Assembly (NCBI RefSeq): GCF_006345805.1
Contig: NC_042997.1
Coordinates: 3,162,001-3,226,000 of the forward strand
DNA from: Octopus sinensis
Lineage: Eukaryota
Direction: 5' to 3'
Length of the DNA stretch: 64,000 nucleotides
Shown here: positions 1 to 12,844 of the stretch, piece by piece
Layout of the letters: each line of letters opens with the position of its first letter
How positions within the stretch are numbered: the first letter of the stretch is position 1
Notes under the pieces: generated by a model
The model's database searches: none
Told to the model about the DNA's origin: nothing
What the model saw: only the letters and a program-made list of their open reading frames with translations
Translations under genes and position numbers: made by a program

Positions 1-345
1 CATATGTATCCACCTTCGCATTGATTTTCCAAAATATATTTTACATCAAGAGGACAAGTAATTTCTTCCGTGGCACATACATTTTCTTCTCTACCACAAA
101 CAACAATTTTCACTAGTATTCCTTGTGTTGATATTTGTATACGTATTCAATAACAGGGGGATTCTCTAAATTCATTCCAAGACAGTTCTTCTTTCCAAAT
201 GGCATTAAATACTGCATTTGCGACAACGTCGTGTGACTTCAGGAGATAGTACCTTGATATCATATTTGTGCGGCTGCTAATCACATATCCAATATACTAC
301 ACAGTAATATGATAATCTATTCTTTCCGCTGCGTCTTGGTTCTCC
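1..345 (-). mobile_element. Decayed R4/Dong-like (restriction-like endonuclease) non-LTR retrotransposon fragment, Zn-finger to REL region
   Basis: Manual minus-strand translation gives YVISSRTNMISRYYLLKSHDVVANAVFNAI and EEITCPLDVKY. These resemble the HxxSxCPxM.RYYL..RHD.VA and CPxDxNI motifs of REL-type LINE C-termini. Stops and frameshifts are present. Confidence 0.6.
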
Positions 346-853
346 AAGGGTTTCTCTATCTCCTTTCTTTATATGGTATATACAAACAATCTACATACAT
401 ACAAACGTTCATACCTATGTAACTATGTATGTATGTTTGTAGACATGCCGGCAGCTTCTCGTCAATGCTACATAGAGGTTCTTGTTATATAGTATAGGAA
501 AAATGAATTATTGTGTTAGTCTCTTATTCACCAGCTATTTGGCCAAAAATATATCGAATTGACAATATTGTCAACGGAACCTGTATAAAGCTAGCTACAT
601 TTGAATAGAAAAAATAATTACCACTGTGTAATCATATACATTATTGTTGCTTTGTATGTGATATAACTTTAGCTTGAAAAGAAGGAAAACAATATTTGTC
701 ATATTTTAAATAAAAATAATCCGTAATCATGTTTTAAAATGTTTATGTCGATTGCTATATTAACCAAATAGAATGTTGATACGACTCAAAAATTCTGGAA
801 GGACTCAATAGTTATTTTATCACAATTAGCAAGGCATCAACACCAAATATAGA

Positions 854-856
<3 letters not shown>

Positions 857-901
<45 letters not shown>

Positions 902-1811
902 TCATACATAAAATTATATAGACACATACATATTTTTCTCTGCGCTTGTGTGAGTGGGACTGCGTGCTTGAATACACACACAGCACGCACGCACACACTC
1001 ACACATACGCACGCTCACACGTATTTTAAATATCAATTCTGAGACGTACTTCCAAACATGTATCAACATTATCCTATTCACATGAATACATGAGGTAAAG
1101 ATATTGTAATCATAAATCCCCCAAGACAATCAAACGAAAGTCACCGATGTAGCATTTCTTTAGTTAAATAATTTACGACGAGATATAAAAAGTCATCAAA
1201 AACTGCAGTTATCAATTTGCGCAAGTCCAACGCCGTCAGAGAAAAATAGCATTCACTATGCAACAATTGAAAACTCGATTTATGATTATTTATATTTATA
1301 CGTATACATTCTATATAGATATTAACAGACGTGCAATTAGCCTAATTATAAACTTACAAATTATCGTCCGCATAGATGGTTTTCCAGATCAGATAATTAA
1401 TCGGTGAATCACAAATTATATATCCAGTTTGTCATCTAGGCGTTCTTGCAACTTTTACAAGCGTTGAATGTCACATCAATTGATATACAACTCTCCATAA
1501 ATCATGAAAGGTTCTAATACATGGAAGTTAAAATAACCTTCATATGTTATCTCCCAAATATGTCTAATTTCTGTTGTTTATATGCATTACATTGTGATAC
1601 ATATTACATTGCGTTTGTAGGTCAGATAATAACTTTTGAATGAGAAGAGCATTAGTTGCTCTTTTATTCCCAGCCGTCATTCAGATAAGAAAGAAAATTG
1701 TTTGTCGCCTCGTATATATATATATATATATACACACACGTGTTATGTATGTATGTATGTAAGTATGTATGCGTGTGTGTTCATATATACATACACACAG
1801 ATATATATATA

Positions 1812-1875
<64 letters not shown>

Positions 1876-2065
1876 TACATGTATATATATATATATATAC
1901 ATACATGATATATAGATAGATAGATAAACATATATCAACGTATCGCTTTATCCACTTCTCAATGTACACACATGCACGCGCACAAACACACACACAAACA
2001 AACACACGCACAAACAAACGCACAAACACACGCACAAACACACACACAGACACTCACACACTTAT
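857..2065. repeat. (TA)n, (TATG)n and (CA)n microsatellite clusters (857-898, 1710-1920, 1965-2065)
   Basis: Directly visible dinucleotide and tetranucleotide runs. Confidence 0.95.
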
Positions 2066-2072
2066 ACATATA

Positions 2073-4444
2073 TCTTAATATATCAAACTGAGAATATGTG
2101 TCTGTCCACGAGTCTGTCTGTGTGAATCACTAAAACTCGAGAACTACACAACCGATTTCATTCAAATTTTACACATACATTCCATACGGTCCATGGAGTG
2201 TTCTGGACCCAAAACGTTTTCAACGTCTTGCCTAATGCGGCCCGGAGCAATTTTTTTACACTGGTTCGCTATTACAGGTCTATGTTTCACTTTTATTCTT
2301 CCGGTTCATAACAATGTTTCACTTTCATTGCATATTTAAAGTTTCATATTAACACTTAATTTAACATTACATAGGAATGATGCGTAAACAGCTCTTTTCC
2401 AAAGAAAGTGAAATATTTTGCTGCTATTTCTAGCACGCCTTGCTATCACGTAACAGTTATTTATGATAGCAGCGTGTCGTTCTTAAATTAACATTCGTTT
2501 TGTTTGTGATTCGAAACGGGTTCAAACATGTTCCGTCAAGTAAATAACTTCATCGTTCTGTCATAGAACAATTTAAGTTGACACTTCGTTACATTTAACG
2601 CATGGTTTTGCCACGTTTGACTGATGCGTGTTCGCTTCATCTGTAACTTTTTCAAGTTAACTAGAGTTTACAAAAACAAACCGAGGTATTAACCCTTACC
2701 TTAACATTTGATATTGTGCTTCCATCGTTCATTCTCGAACACCCTGTATGGTGTACTGTCGTTTCCCATTCAACAACCTCTGTCCAGCTGGACAGAATCT
2801 AAGTCCAATCGTCTTATTTTATGGAGTCATTCACATCATTTTATTTCAAAAACTAATATAATTGATGACAATGTCGTTACATAGCAATACTAATCAAGTA
2901 AAATCCATTCATTCATTATGCTGAATTCGGTACGTAGCCATTTTCATTCGTAAATTGGATAAATTTTGATAAATGCTACCGCAAGCGTTTCACTAAAGAA
3001 AAAACAAAAGACTTTTTTGCGTGGAAGTACCTTGAACTCCTAATATGCCACAAACCTATTTTTCTTGGGAAACAAAGGGAGGGTTGTGGTGGGGGAACTC
3101 GAATTTTCTCCCGAAAGTCCATGTTCCCCACCACATAAACGGTTCCGTTCTAGAGAAAATAAAAGATTTGACTGCTATTCCTAGCACGCGCTGCTACAAT
3201 GTAACAGCTATTTGCGATAATGGCATGTCCTTTATCGCAAATACCTATTCAGTGGTAGCAGGACGTGCTAGAAATACCAGCCTAATCAGTCCATATAAAT
3301 GTTTCACTTTTGATTCGAATTTACATATTTACTAGTCAATGACTGGTTCATAATCATCGCACCTGTTGTAATGTTGCAAGTTTTTTTTTTTACATTTACA
3401 GTTACATATTAATACTTAAATTAACATGACGTTGAAATGACGCGTAAAGGGTTCCTTACTGGAGATAAGACTTTCCCAAGGTCAGCAAAAGCATGCTTTA
3501 GCATGTCAAATGGTATCTGACGTGATAAATTGAGATGAGACTTTTTCCAGTTCATCTGAGTCTCAAGAGAGAAGGTGAGATGAGACGTTCCCAAGATCAG
3601 AAAATGCATTCTAATGCACTTAATGCTGTATCATTTAATCGATATTTTAATGAATAGACAGAAGTTCAATGGATAGCTCTCAAAAATATACTTCGTACAA
3701 AATCGTTCATCATAAATCCTCGAGCTGCTTTTAGATATGATCCACTCCATTGTTATAAAAATGATGAATCTGTCCAAATTGGTGTGCTAAACTCAAATTG
3801 TCGTTTCTGTAGAGCATTAAAATTTTCAAATGAAAGAAATAGCATGTGCTGCTCAGGCGGACAGGTAAGATTGCTAACACTACCAGCTCCTCCTCAACCT
3901 CTTATGGATCTTCTAGATGACACTTCCATCCAGTCAAAGGATATTCTGAACACTATCGGACAATACTACTCTTCATTTCAATTGACATCGTTTACTGCAT
4001 CGAGGTAGATAGCTAAATATAAATTTACGCCGACTTCAATGTTCAAGGGAAAGACTGTCACCCCATTGGTTTCCTGGTACCCACAAATAAACAACCACGG
4101 TTCCTCCAAATTTACTATTTGTTTGATGTAGGACAAGAAACCCAAACAAGGTGTTAAAGCTTCAGACGATGGGACGTTAGACGCAGCGCTGACTGCCGCA
4201 AAAGAGATTATATCCCATGACAGATTTTTGCTGCGTTCCAAAATCACCTAACTTTTCCATGACAGGTTAGGGCCTGGAATACTCCAAACGGACGCATACG
4301 TCATTCAGTCGAATTTGACCATCATTTATCCACATATGGTTTACTGTCAATGCTGCACTTTCCCATATGATCTGTTTCTATATAACTGTAATATATACAA
4401 ACTATTCCCTTTTAATCCCCAGCAACGCCGGGTATGCCTGCTAG
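2073..4444 (+). mobile_element. Internally deleted Helitron with both termini
   Basis: 5' A|TCTTAATATATCAAA at 2073. 3' hairpin CCCAGCAACGCCGGG followed by CTAG|T at 4441-4445, consistent with an AT target. Carries an internal RepHel remnant. Confidence 0.8.
3700..4260 (+). pseudogene. Helitron RepHel N-terminal remnant (Cys-rich region)
   Basis: CRFCRALKFSNERNSMCCSGGQVRLLTLPAPPQPLMDLL...QYYSSFQLTSF, then a frameshifted PTFNVQGK...FLQIY, matching typical Helitron RepHel N-terminal motifs. Confidence 0.8.
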
Positions 4445-4929
4445 TTTATTTTATACGTGCGCTAGTGAATTTTCGTATGTAATATTTCTCCGCTTAAATA
4501 AGAATGTCTGCAAAATTACTGAATACTCTCTTGAAATATATTTTTGTAAATGGCTATGTATGCATAGGCAAATGGAAATATTCAATCATAGTCTGAAATT
4601 ATTTTTGAAGTACTTTCATATAAATGCAAAAATATGAATATGCTGGGGCTATCATTACAGAGCATAGAACAATCTTAGTTACACTGATCCACTTCTGTTA
4701 TTGCCAATGTATGACTATATCTTGGTCTGTGTCAAATGATATATATTTTAGTAATTTTTGTGCAGTGTTGTTCTCTCTGTTTCTTTACAACCCATTCGGT
4801 CCCTCGTCATACATACATACATACTCACACACACACGCACACACACACACATACACGAACACACAAGCACAAAAACATACACAGATAGGGTGATATATAT
4901 CTGTATATATGTATAGAAGTAGAAGTAGT

Positions 4930-5485
4930 ATTAATAGATGCCTGAGGATATGGTTAATGTTTCTATTACAATTGCTGAACTGATGCTCTGCCTTTGTTGT
5001 CCTCAATATTAAACTGAGGGCGATCAAACATTAAGACAAATATTACAGGAGACGTGTCCCCCTGGAAAATTCTCTTTTGATATTCCTTAAGAGTGTGTCA
5101 CCTGAGTAGATATCTCCTTTCCATTTCTTCACACTAAAGCTAATTAATTCTCTTATATACTGAATATACTCAAACATTCATCAGTGTGGGATCATGTCAT
5201 AGACCTTCCTATAATCTGTCCTTGCTATTGTTAGATTCTTCTTTCTAGCTTTTCCTTCATTTAGAACTGCTTTGTGTATGCATAATAGATCATGCGTTTC
5301 TCTAGCCTTCTTTCTGCAACCTTTTCTGTTGTTCTAGTAATACATTTTGGTTGTCAAGGTGCTTGTAAATGTTCTAAGAACATTCCTGTTAGCAGCTTGA
5401 GCACTAATGGTAAGCAAGTGATTGGTCAATATTTGCTCTTGTTTTCGAAAATGAGTATTGTCCTCCCTCTAGTCATCCAATCTTA

Positions 5486-5486
<1 letters not shown>
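4930..5486 (-). mobile_element. R4/Dong-like LINE reverse-transcriptase fragment (5'-truncated, decayed)
   Basis: Minus-strand DWMTRGRTILI...PITCLPLVLKLLTG, ARTDYRKVYDMIPH, RIFQGDTSP and INHIL motifs. The 5' end abuts (TAA)n. Confidence 0.75.
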
Positions 5487-5543
<57 letters not shown>

Positions 5544-5635
5544 GTTATTGTTGTTGTTGTTGTTGTTGTTGTTCTTGTTCTTGTTCTTGTTGCTGCTGTT
5601 GTTATTGTTATTGGTGGTTTTGTTGCTGTTACTGT
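5487..5635. repeat. (TTA)n/(TTG)n trinucleotide array
   Basis: Visible. Confidence 0.95.
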
Positions 5636-6179
5636 AATTTTAAATAGTTTGCCACGGACACGTATGACGTTAGGTCTTGTAGGATTTTACAGAAACCAAG
5701 ATCTTGGAGAGATGGCTACCAGAAATTAGACTGCTTTTGCTCACCGCAAGTCAAATAACGTTATTAAAAGTGAGATCGTATCAAGCTGATACGCACCCAT
5801 ACGTACACACACCCTAAAAAACATGTGCTTACGAACCAGCGAGCTGAATCTATAGGCCAGTTTGCAAAGCCACACGTATAGCAGTATATATATATATATA
5901 TGCATAGACATCACACACCCACATCTGTGTACTCATGCATCTAAGCTACATAAACACTCCACACTCCCTCAACCATAATTCCCTTCCAGAGCCTGTCAGA
6001 TAGCAAGGCCCACGCCACCTGCCTCAACAGCCTCGCGATCAAAGAAATTCTGCATTTTAATGCAGCAGCTGTGGCCGGAATTTCGATCCCACTTCTGACA
6101 AAACAGATATTAGTAAATGCGTTAAGTACCTGTTTCTTTAGAGTTGTCCATCTAACATTACACACATAGAAACACACAC

Positions 6180-6194
6180 ACACACACATTTATA

Positions 6195-6236
<42 letters not shown>

Positions 6237-6329
6237 CCTACCTATATATACATATATATGTATGTATGTATGTATGCATATACATACACACGTATATATA
6301 CATATATACATATATACATATATACATAT

Positions 6330-6421
<92 letters not shown>
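6180..6421. repeat. (CA)/(TATC)n/(TA)n compound microsatellite
   Basis: Visible. Confidence 0.95.
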
Positions 6422-6426
<5 letters not shown>

Positions 6427-6999
6427 ATTGCAGCGTGGAAGGTGTTTGTAAGCCATTTAAGAAACACACAAAAGCCATTCGATTCACTTCAACATTTAAG
6501 TTTAATTCGTCAAAATATTTTCGTCGCTTTAAGATCGCGACCTGTTCACTGAGAAAAATCTGTGATATGTATTCGATTGAATTTCTGCGTACTGGTTTGT
6601 TTCTTTGTCCGTCAAAAGGAACTGTGAATTGGGTGTTCCAGTTGACCTGTGGCCCTTTCAGTGCCACCGCACAGTTATAAAAATACAAACTTCTTTGTGA
6701 TAGGAAGAGAGAATTTGACAGCAACGCGAGACGCACGACATATACACACAGACAACTTGACAGAGAGACGATAAACATCGTTACACCCACAAAAAAGACA
6801 ATTCACATCAACAAGTTGCATTTCGACTTGCAGATCTGCTTCGCTTTAACTACCGATTACTACAATTAAACTTCTCTATCACTCAACACCTTGCCTTGCA
6901 TTCATGTATGCAGCGTCGGAAATTCAGTGCTAACTTTAACAGGACACAGCATTTGTTATTTCATTTGACTATTACATACTGATATTCAAAAACATGTCT

Positions 7000-9900
7000 C
7001 CTAAAAACAGAGTAGCAAATATCGAACACCAAAAGAACTCACGAAGTGCTGTAGAAAAGGAAGATGAGAGGTGCACAGAGCATTTTGATGATTGGTAGAG
7101 AAAGGAACCTTGACACGCATCTGAAACCGAACATCAAGGAAATGTACGACTCGCAGATAGCCAATAAAGAATAGCAGCTCAATATGCACCAAAAAAAAAA
7201 ACGAAGATCAAAGTAATGGACGACTTGAAAATAGCCATGGAAGAATTGTGCTCGACGTGTAGCAGAAAACACAGATCAAAGAAATGTACGACGTGTTATA
7301 GAAAACGAAGATGTGAGACGCACACGGTTTGTAGATGATCTAGAACTAAAGAAAGCACAACGTGCGTCTGAAACAGAACTTCAAAGAAATGCATGACACG
7401 CAGGTAGCCAACAAAAGAATGGCAGCTCGTTGTGCAGCGGAAAACGATGATCAACGAAATGCACGACATGCAGATAGCCTTCAAGGAATGGCAGCTCGCC
7501 GTGCCGCAGGAAATGAAGGTCAAAGAAACGCACGATGTGCAGATAGCAAACAAAGAATGTCAGCTCGATGTGCAGCAGAACACGAAGAGCAAATAAATGC
7601 ATGACGTGCAGATAGCAAAGAAAAAATATGGCAGCTGGATGTGCAGCAGAAAAGGAAGTCGAAAGAAATGCGCGTCGTGCAGTATATTGTCTTCGAAGAG
7701 CGTCTCATCGTATGCAAGAATCACAACAAGAAACTGCAAATAGATGTGAAAATGACTGAATCAGGTACAACGAAGGTAGGTCACGTTAGCAAGGAAGTCT
7801 TGCTGCTTTTAAAACCTCAATCATTGCTATCAATCTGAAATTGGTTTCATATCTCACCAATGTTATTACTGTGGTGGTAGATAATGGTTAAATGAACTAT
7901 TGGGTAATACTGCAGGAGGGTGAAATTCTGGAAAAAAACTGTATCGTGTACGGATTTTGATGCATTTCATCTCATGCTTAGACCCTTCAGTTTTAATTTA
8001 TTGCATAGAAGCAGGGATAAATTTCCAACAATTTGTTGTTGACATGTATGCAAAGATTGAATCATAAGGACTCACCTATGAAAGAACTCACGAAAAAGTG
8101 TTTCGGGTTCGTTCTTGCATTCACTTACGGGACATCATAAATAATGATCATTGTGGTGCTCAAAACCCTCACTCAACCTGCATGAAGGAAATGACATGCA
8201 CAAAAAATATCCAAAGAATCGTAATTATTTCACACAATTTGGTAGCGATGGATATCCCACATACAGAATAAGGGAAACAGAAGATGGCGGAGAGCGAGGC
8301 AAAGTTGGAAATCGGGAAGTAAACAATCGATGGATAATTCCTTACTGCCCATTTCTGTCAAAGTCTTTCAATGCTCATATCAATACAGAGTATTGTAACT
8401 CGATGAAGAGCATAAAAAATACATGCAAATAGATAAATAAAGGCAGTGATGCTGCTTCTTTCGTCATTCAAGAAAACACTAACGACGAAGTTGAACAATA
8501 CCAATGATGGAGATACAAATGCACCAATGAGGCCTAAAAGGCACATATCTGGATTCCTCATCCATGAAATGCACCTTAACTTTCAACAACTTTCTGTGCA
8601 TTTAGAAAATGGTCAAAGGTTTACTTCACTGCTGAGATAGCTATAAACGAAGTTTCAAATCCAAAGGATACCACTTGAGCAGCCTTATTCAATCTTTGTC
8701 GGGGTATCATTTTACAAAATCACTGCTATATCACGATGTTACTTCTTATTACAAAAGGCGTAATAATAAATGGAATAGACGCGAAATAGTTACAAAATTT
8801 CAAGGTCATTCTGGGATACGTTTAGTACAATGGTTGATAATAGTTTATATACTGTACTACCAAACGAAAAGGAATGCATGTAAAAAGAGGACCAACTTCA
8901 TGGGAACTTTTAAAGGATGTTGTTGGTGAGATTTGCAGATCATATCGAGAAGCTTGTTTGTGGTAAGGTTTGCTCTCAAAGGATCAGCAACACGTGAAGC
9001 AGCTTCACTATCAATGGCACCAAAGTGTTGAAGAGGTATTTCTGCTATTATTCTCAAATATTGTGCAGTGCGTAATCCTGTTGAACTGTGGAATAATTTC
9101 AGAAATGAACTTGCTGAAGATTTCAAGTACCAAGTTCAGTTGAGTAATTTTGAGCAAGATATTGGTTTCACTGATGCTATACACAATGCATCTTTGATTA
9201 AACTAGAATATCAAATCATTTCGTTGGGAGGTGAAGCTATAGAAAATCTAGGCTTCCCACTTACTAATAGGAGGGATCTTAACAGTTAGTCCATAGAAAT
9301 AAGGAGGGAAATTTCCTATGATATGGAGGAACTGATCGTATACATAAATGATAATCGCAAACTTCTACCTGATCAACGTCGTGCATATTCCACTGATATA
9401 GAAAGTATTAGCAACATAGGAGGACTTTAATTTTTAGATGCTCCAGGGGGTACTGGGAAAACATTTATAATTAAATTCCTCCTGGCTAAATTTTGTCAAG
9501 AAAATAAAATAGATTTATCTTCAGCTACTTCTGGGATTGCACCAATATAATTACCCGGAAGTCGGAGTGCGTATTCAAGCTTCAAGTTACCTTTAGATTT
9601 ATCTAACAAAAAATATCCAGTTTGTAATATATCTAAAAATCTGTGAAGTAATACAAAGATGTCACTTAATTGTCTGAGACGAATGTACCATATACTACAA
9701 AAAGCTTCTGAAGCTGTGGACAGATCATTACGAGACATTAGAAATTGTGATTCCATGATGGGAAATGTCGCAGTATTATTGTCAGAAACGTCTGACAAAA
9801 CTACCAGTTGTTCCAAGAGGAGGGAAAGTGGATGAGCTCAATGCTTCAATAAAGTCTTCTGTGTTATGGCACCATGTGAAAACACTTCTACTTTCGACAA

Positions 9901-10690
9901 ATATGAGATCGATGCTTTCAAAAGATCAATCAGCTGAAGAGTTGGCAGAGCAGATTTTGAATGTCCGTGAAGGCAGAGTTGCAACTGAAGAAGAAGTTTT
10001 TCTTACACTGAATCAATATGTAATTCAGCTGATCCGGTCGATGATTTAGTGGCTGAGATCTTTCCGAATCTTCTTCATAATTACAACAATACAGAGTGGA
10101 TCTATGAGTGAACTATCTTCGCTCGAAAGTATATTGCTGTAAAAAGCATTAATAACATGCTATTGAATAATCTTCCGGAGAAGTATTTACTTATAACTCA
10201 GTTGACAGTGATGTTGGTGATCAGGATAGTGTTAACTACACCATCAAATTTTTGAACTTATTAGAACGTTCCTCACTGTTTTCAGCTGAAAAGAGGCACT
10301 CCTGTTATGCTATTGCGTAATTTGTCTCAACCAAAATTATGCAATGTTATAAGACTAATTGAACGCAAACTTTTGAGGAACTGCATTGCGGCAAATGTTC
10401 TCAGTGGTTGTGGTAAATGTGAGACTGTCTTCATTCCTCGAATACCAGTCAAACCATATAATGTCACATTCCAATTTAAGCGGTTACAGATTCCTATCTG
10501 AGTTTCTTTTTCCACGGGCATTAGAAAAGTCAGAGCCAAATACTAACCGTTGCTAGATTGCAACTTGAAGAACCACGCTTTTCTCATGGTCACCTTTGTG
10601 TAGGACCATCACATCTGGGAACAACAGTAAATATTTTTGCTTATCCGTCGCGAAATAAAACTAAAAACATTGTTTAGAAAGAAATATACA
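7000..10690 (+). mobile_element. Decayed autonomous-type Helitron coding region (Rep domain plus PIF1-family helicase)
   Basis: FQQFVVDMYAKIES (~8020), NNRWIIPYCPFLSKSFNAHINTEYCNSMKSIK (~8330), VHLENGQR, Walker A FLDAPGGTGKTF (9431-9466), LKRGTPVMLLRNLSQPKLCN, FIPRIP..FQFKRLQIPI, FSHGHL, KTKNIV. Many stops and frameshifts, and no termini found. Confidence 0.92.
7020..7690 (+). repeat. Degenerate 69-bp tandem repeat (~8-9 units) encoding 23-aa charged repeats at the Helitron ORF N-terminus
   Basis: GCAGATAGC-like anchors at about 7400, 7470, 7539 and 7608 (69-70 bp spacing). Unit is approximately DSKQRMAARRAAENEEQRNARRA. Confidence 0.85.
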
Positions 10691-11148
10691 CACTTAATGC
10701 AAAATGAATACGTAACTTAATTTGATATTACTATCTTTACATTCAGGAATGAATAAATTACCTCTTTCAATGAAATGTTTTATATACGAATTACTGTAAT
10801 AAAATAAATCATACAGCTTACTCATTATTGTCATATAATAAACAAGCAGAAGTTCATGTATGAGATGTTTTTCTACTTCAATTATTACATTTTTTCTCTT
10901 ATCAAATACACACAGACAGGGGAAGTAAATTATATATATAATAATACTTTGAATGTGGCTCCCTAGAAAGAGTAAAAGTAATTAGCCGATCGACGATGGG
11001 TTTTACTGCTAGTATATATACATATATACTAGCAGTAATACCAACTTCAATATTCCTACATGTCTCACATCTATTATTTTTCTTGCAACTCACTTTCTAT
11101 TTTGTATCCTATCTAAATTACCTATTACTTAACCATCCTCTCACACCA

Positions 11149-11198
11149 TCTCCGATGAAGGGATATAAGTAATAAGTATCCTAGAAACAGCTGTAAGA
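11149..11198 (+). ncRNA. Degenerate minimal type-I hammerhead ribozyme motif, Penelope-like-element style
   Basis: TCT-CCGATGA-A-GGGATA..TATCCT-A-GAAA-C-AGCT-G-TA-AGA gives a 3-bp stem I, a 6-bp stem II and a 2-bp stem III capped by palindromic AGCT. Predicted GUA cleavage after 11195. The core has U4->C. Confidence 0.55.
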
Positions 11199-12844
11199 CC
11201 TATCTTTAAATGTTTTAATATCTACACACCCTTGTTTTTTTTATCTCATTACGCAAAGAAATTCTTACGCACACACACAAACAGACACACACACACACAC
11301 ACATATATGTATGTATCTATGTATATATATGAAGAAGTTTTCTGTGAAGATGGCGTATGAGCATTCAGTTATTTGCCCAACGAACTGCACAAATGATTTG
11401 TATATAATGATCGAATGTTCGTGCTGAATATTAACTTACTCCCTCCATCAAATCGATGTTGTCTCAAAAGTTGCACGGAGTACTAAGCGTCAGCCGGGGA
11501 AGTGATCGCAGACCAACATGTGATGTAGCCTTTTGCTCAAGAATAGAATACAGATACATAAACTTCTAAATAAGGTGAGAAATATGCTATGTTAAAATGT
11601 ATTCTCCTATTGGGTATTCGTATGTTACAATAATTGTTTTGCACATTAATAAACATGTAAAAAGGATTTATTTTATTGTATTTCCTGAATCTATAATATT
11701 TAGAAGGAAAAGGTTGTCTGTAACGTACGTTAAAGTTTCGACTTGCGCGACTTCGGCAACGTTATGCGCTGAGTTAAATAAAATGCTAACGAAATTTTGG
11801 ATAGTCTTATGCAGTCACATGTCACTGCAGGTGTAAGCAATTTTCGGCCCTCCTAAGTGACCACTACCAACAAAATGTGGCAAATTTTTGAAGCAATGAA
11901 ATCTTTTGTTTGAAAACTTAATATTTTCAACTGAATTAATCAAATTTTAAATCAGCGGTTTTAACGTTATCAGAGACTAAGAATCTGCTATTAATAAACC
12001 ATATAAAAGGAAAACGAAAACATTCAGAAAATACATAAAAAAAAACATTCATACCAGAAATACAATTAAAAATGTAATAAGATCCCCAATGGTTAATTAT
12101 TCACTGAATTTTGAACGTCAACAATAAACACAGAATAACATAAAATTAGAAAATGGAGAAAATCTGGTTTGATTTCAGTTGTAGTAGAAATGGTAAACCC
12201 CTCCTGATGGACAGCGGTATGAACCAAATACTATAAAGTGAGACGGCGTCAGCTAGTAAAGGGAGTAGTGTGTCAGTCGTTGTAATGCCATTGTACGAGT
12301 TCTCAGTTGGGGTTAAGTGTTAATTACGTGTTATTGTCAAGTTGGAGTCATAGTGAAGGTAGACTTTCAAAATGTGGTGTTATACAGAGCTATCATCGAT
12401 AGCACGATAGAAGGAGAGGGTATTACCATTCGAGTAAAGAAAGATACATTGTATCTGATACCAAGAAAATATCGTGGCTACTAGAATAAATACGCAGCTA
12501 CCGTCACAACAATGGCCATAAATTTTGCATGTGTAAAACACCACTCCTTAACATTTCAGCAGATGAGTATCCTCATCAATAGCAAGAATGTTCGAAATAC
12601 ACTTCGACCCCACAAAAGAAAACAAATATCATACAGGGGAACTTAGAACCACGAAGAACTGTAGCTAATTGTAACCATCAGAATCTTTCGAAAGAGAAAA
12701 ACCAATAATGCACACAGAAAACAAAATGCAACTGTAACACCAATTCCTCCTGTCCTCTCAACAGAAATTGCTCCATGACTAATATTATTTATATTGCAAC
12801 AGGAGTCACAATGGCTACACCACCAAGCACATTCACATACAAAG

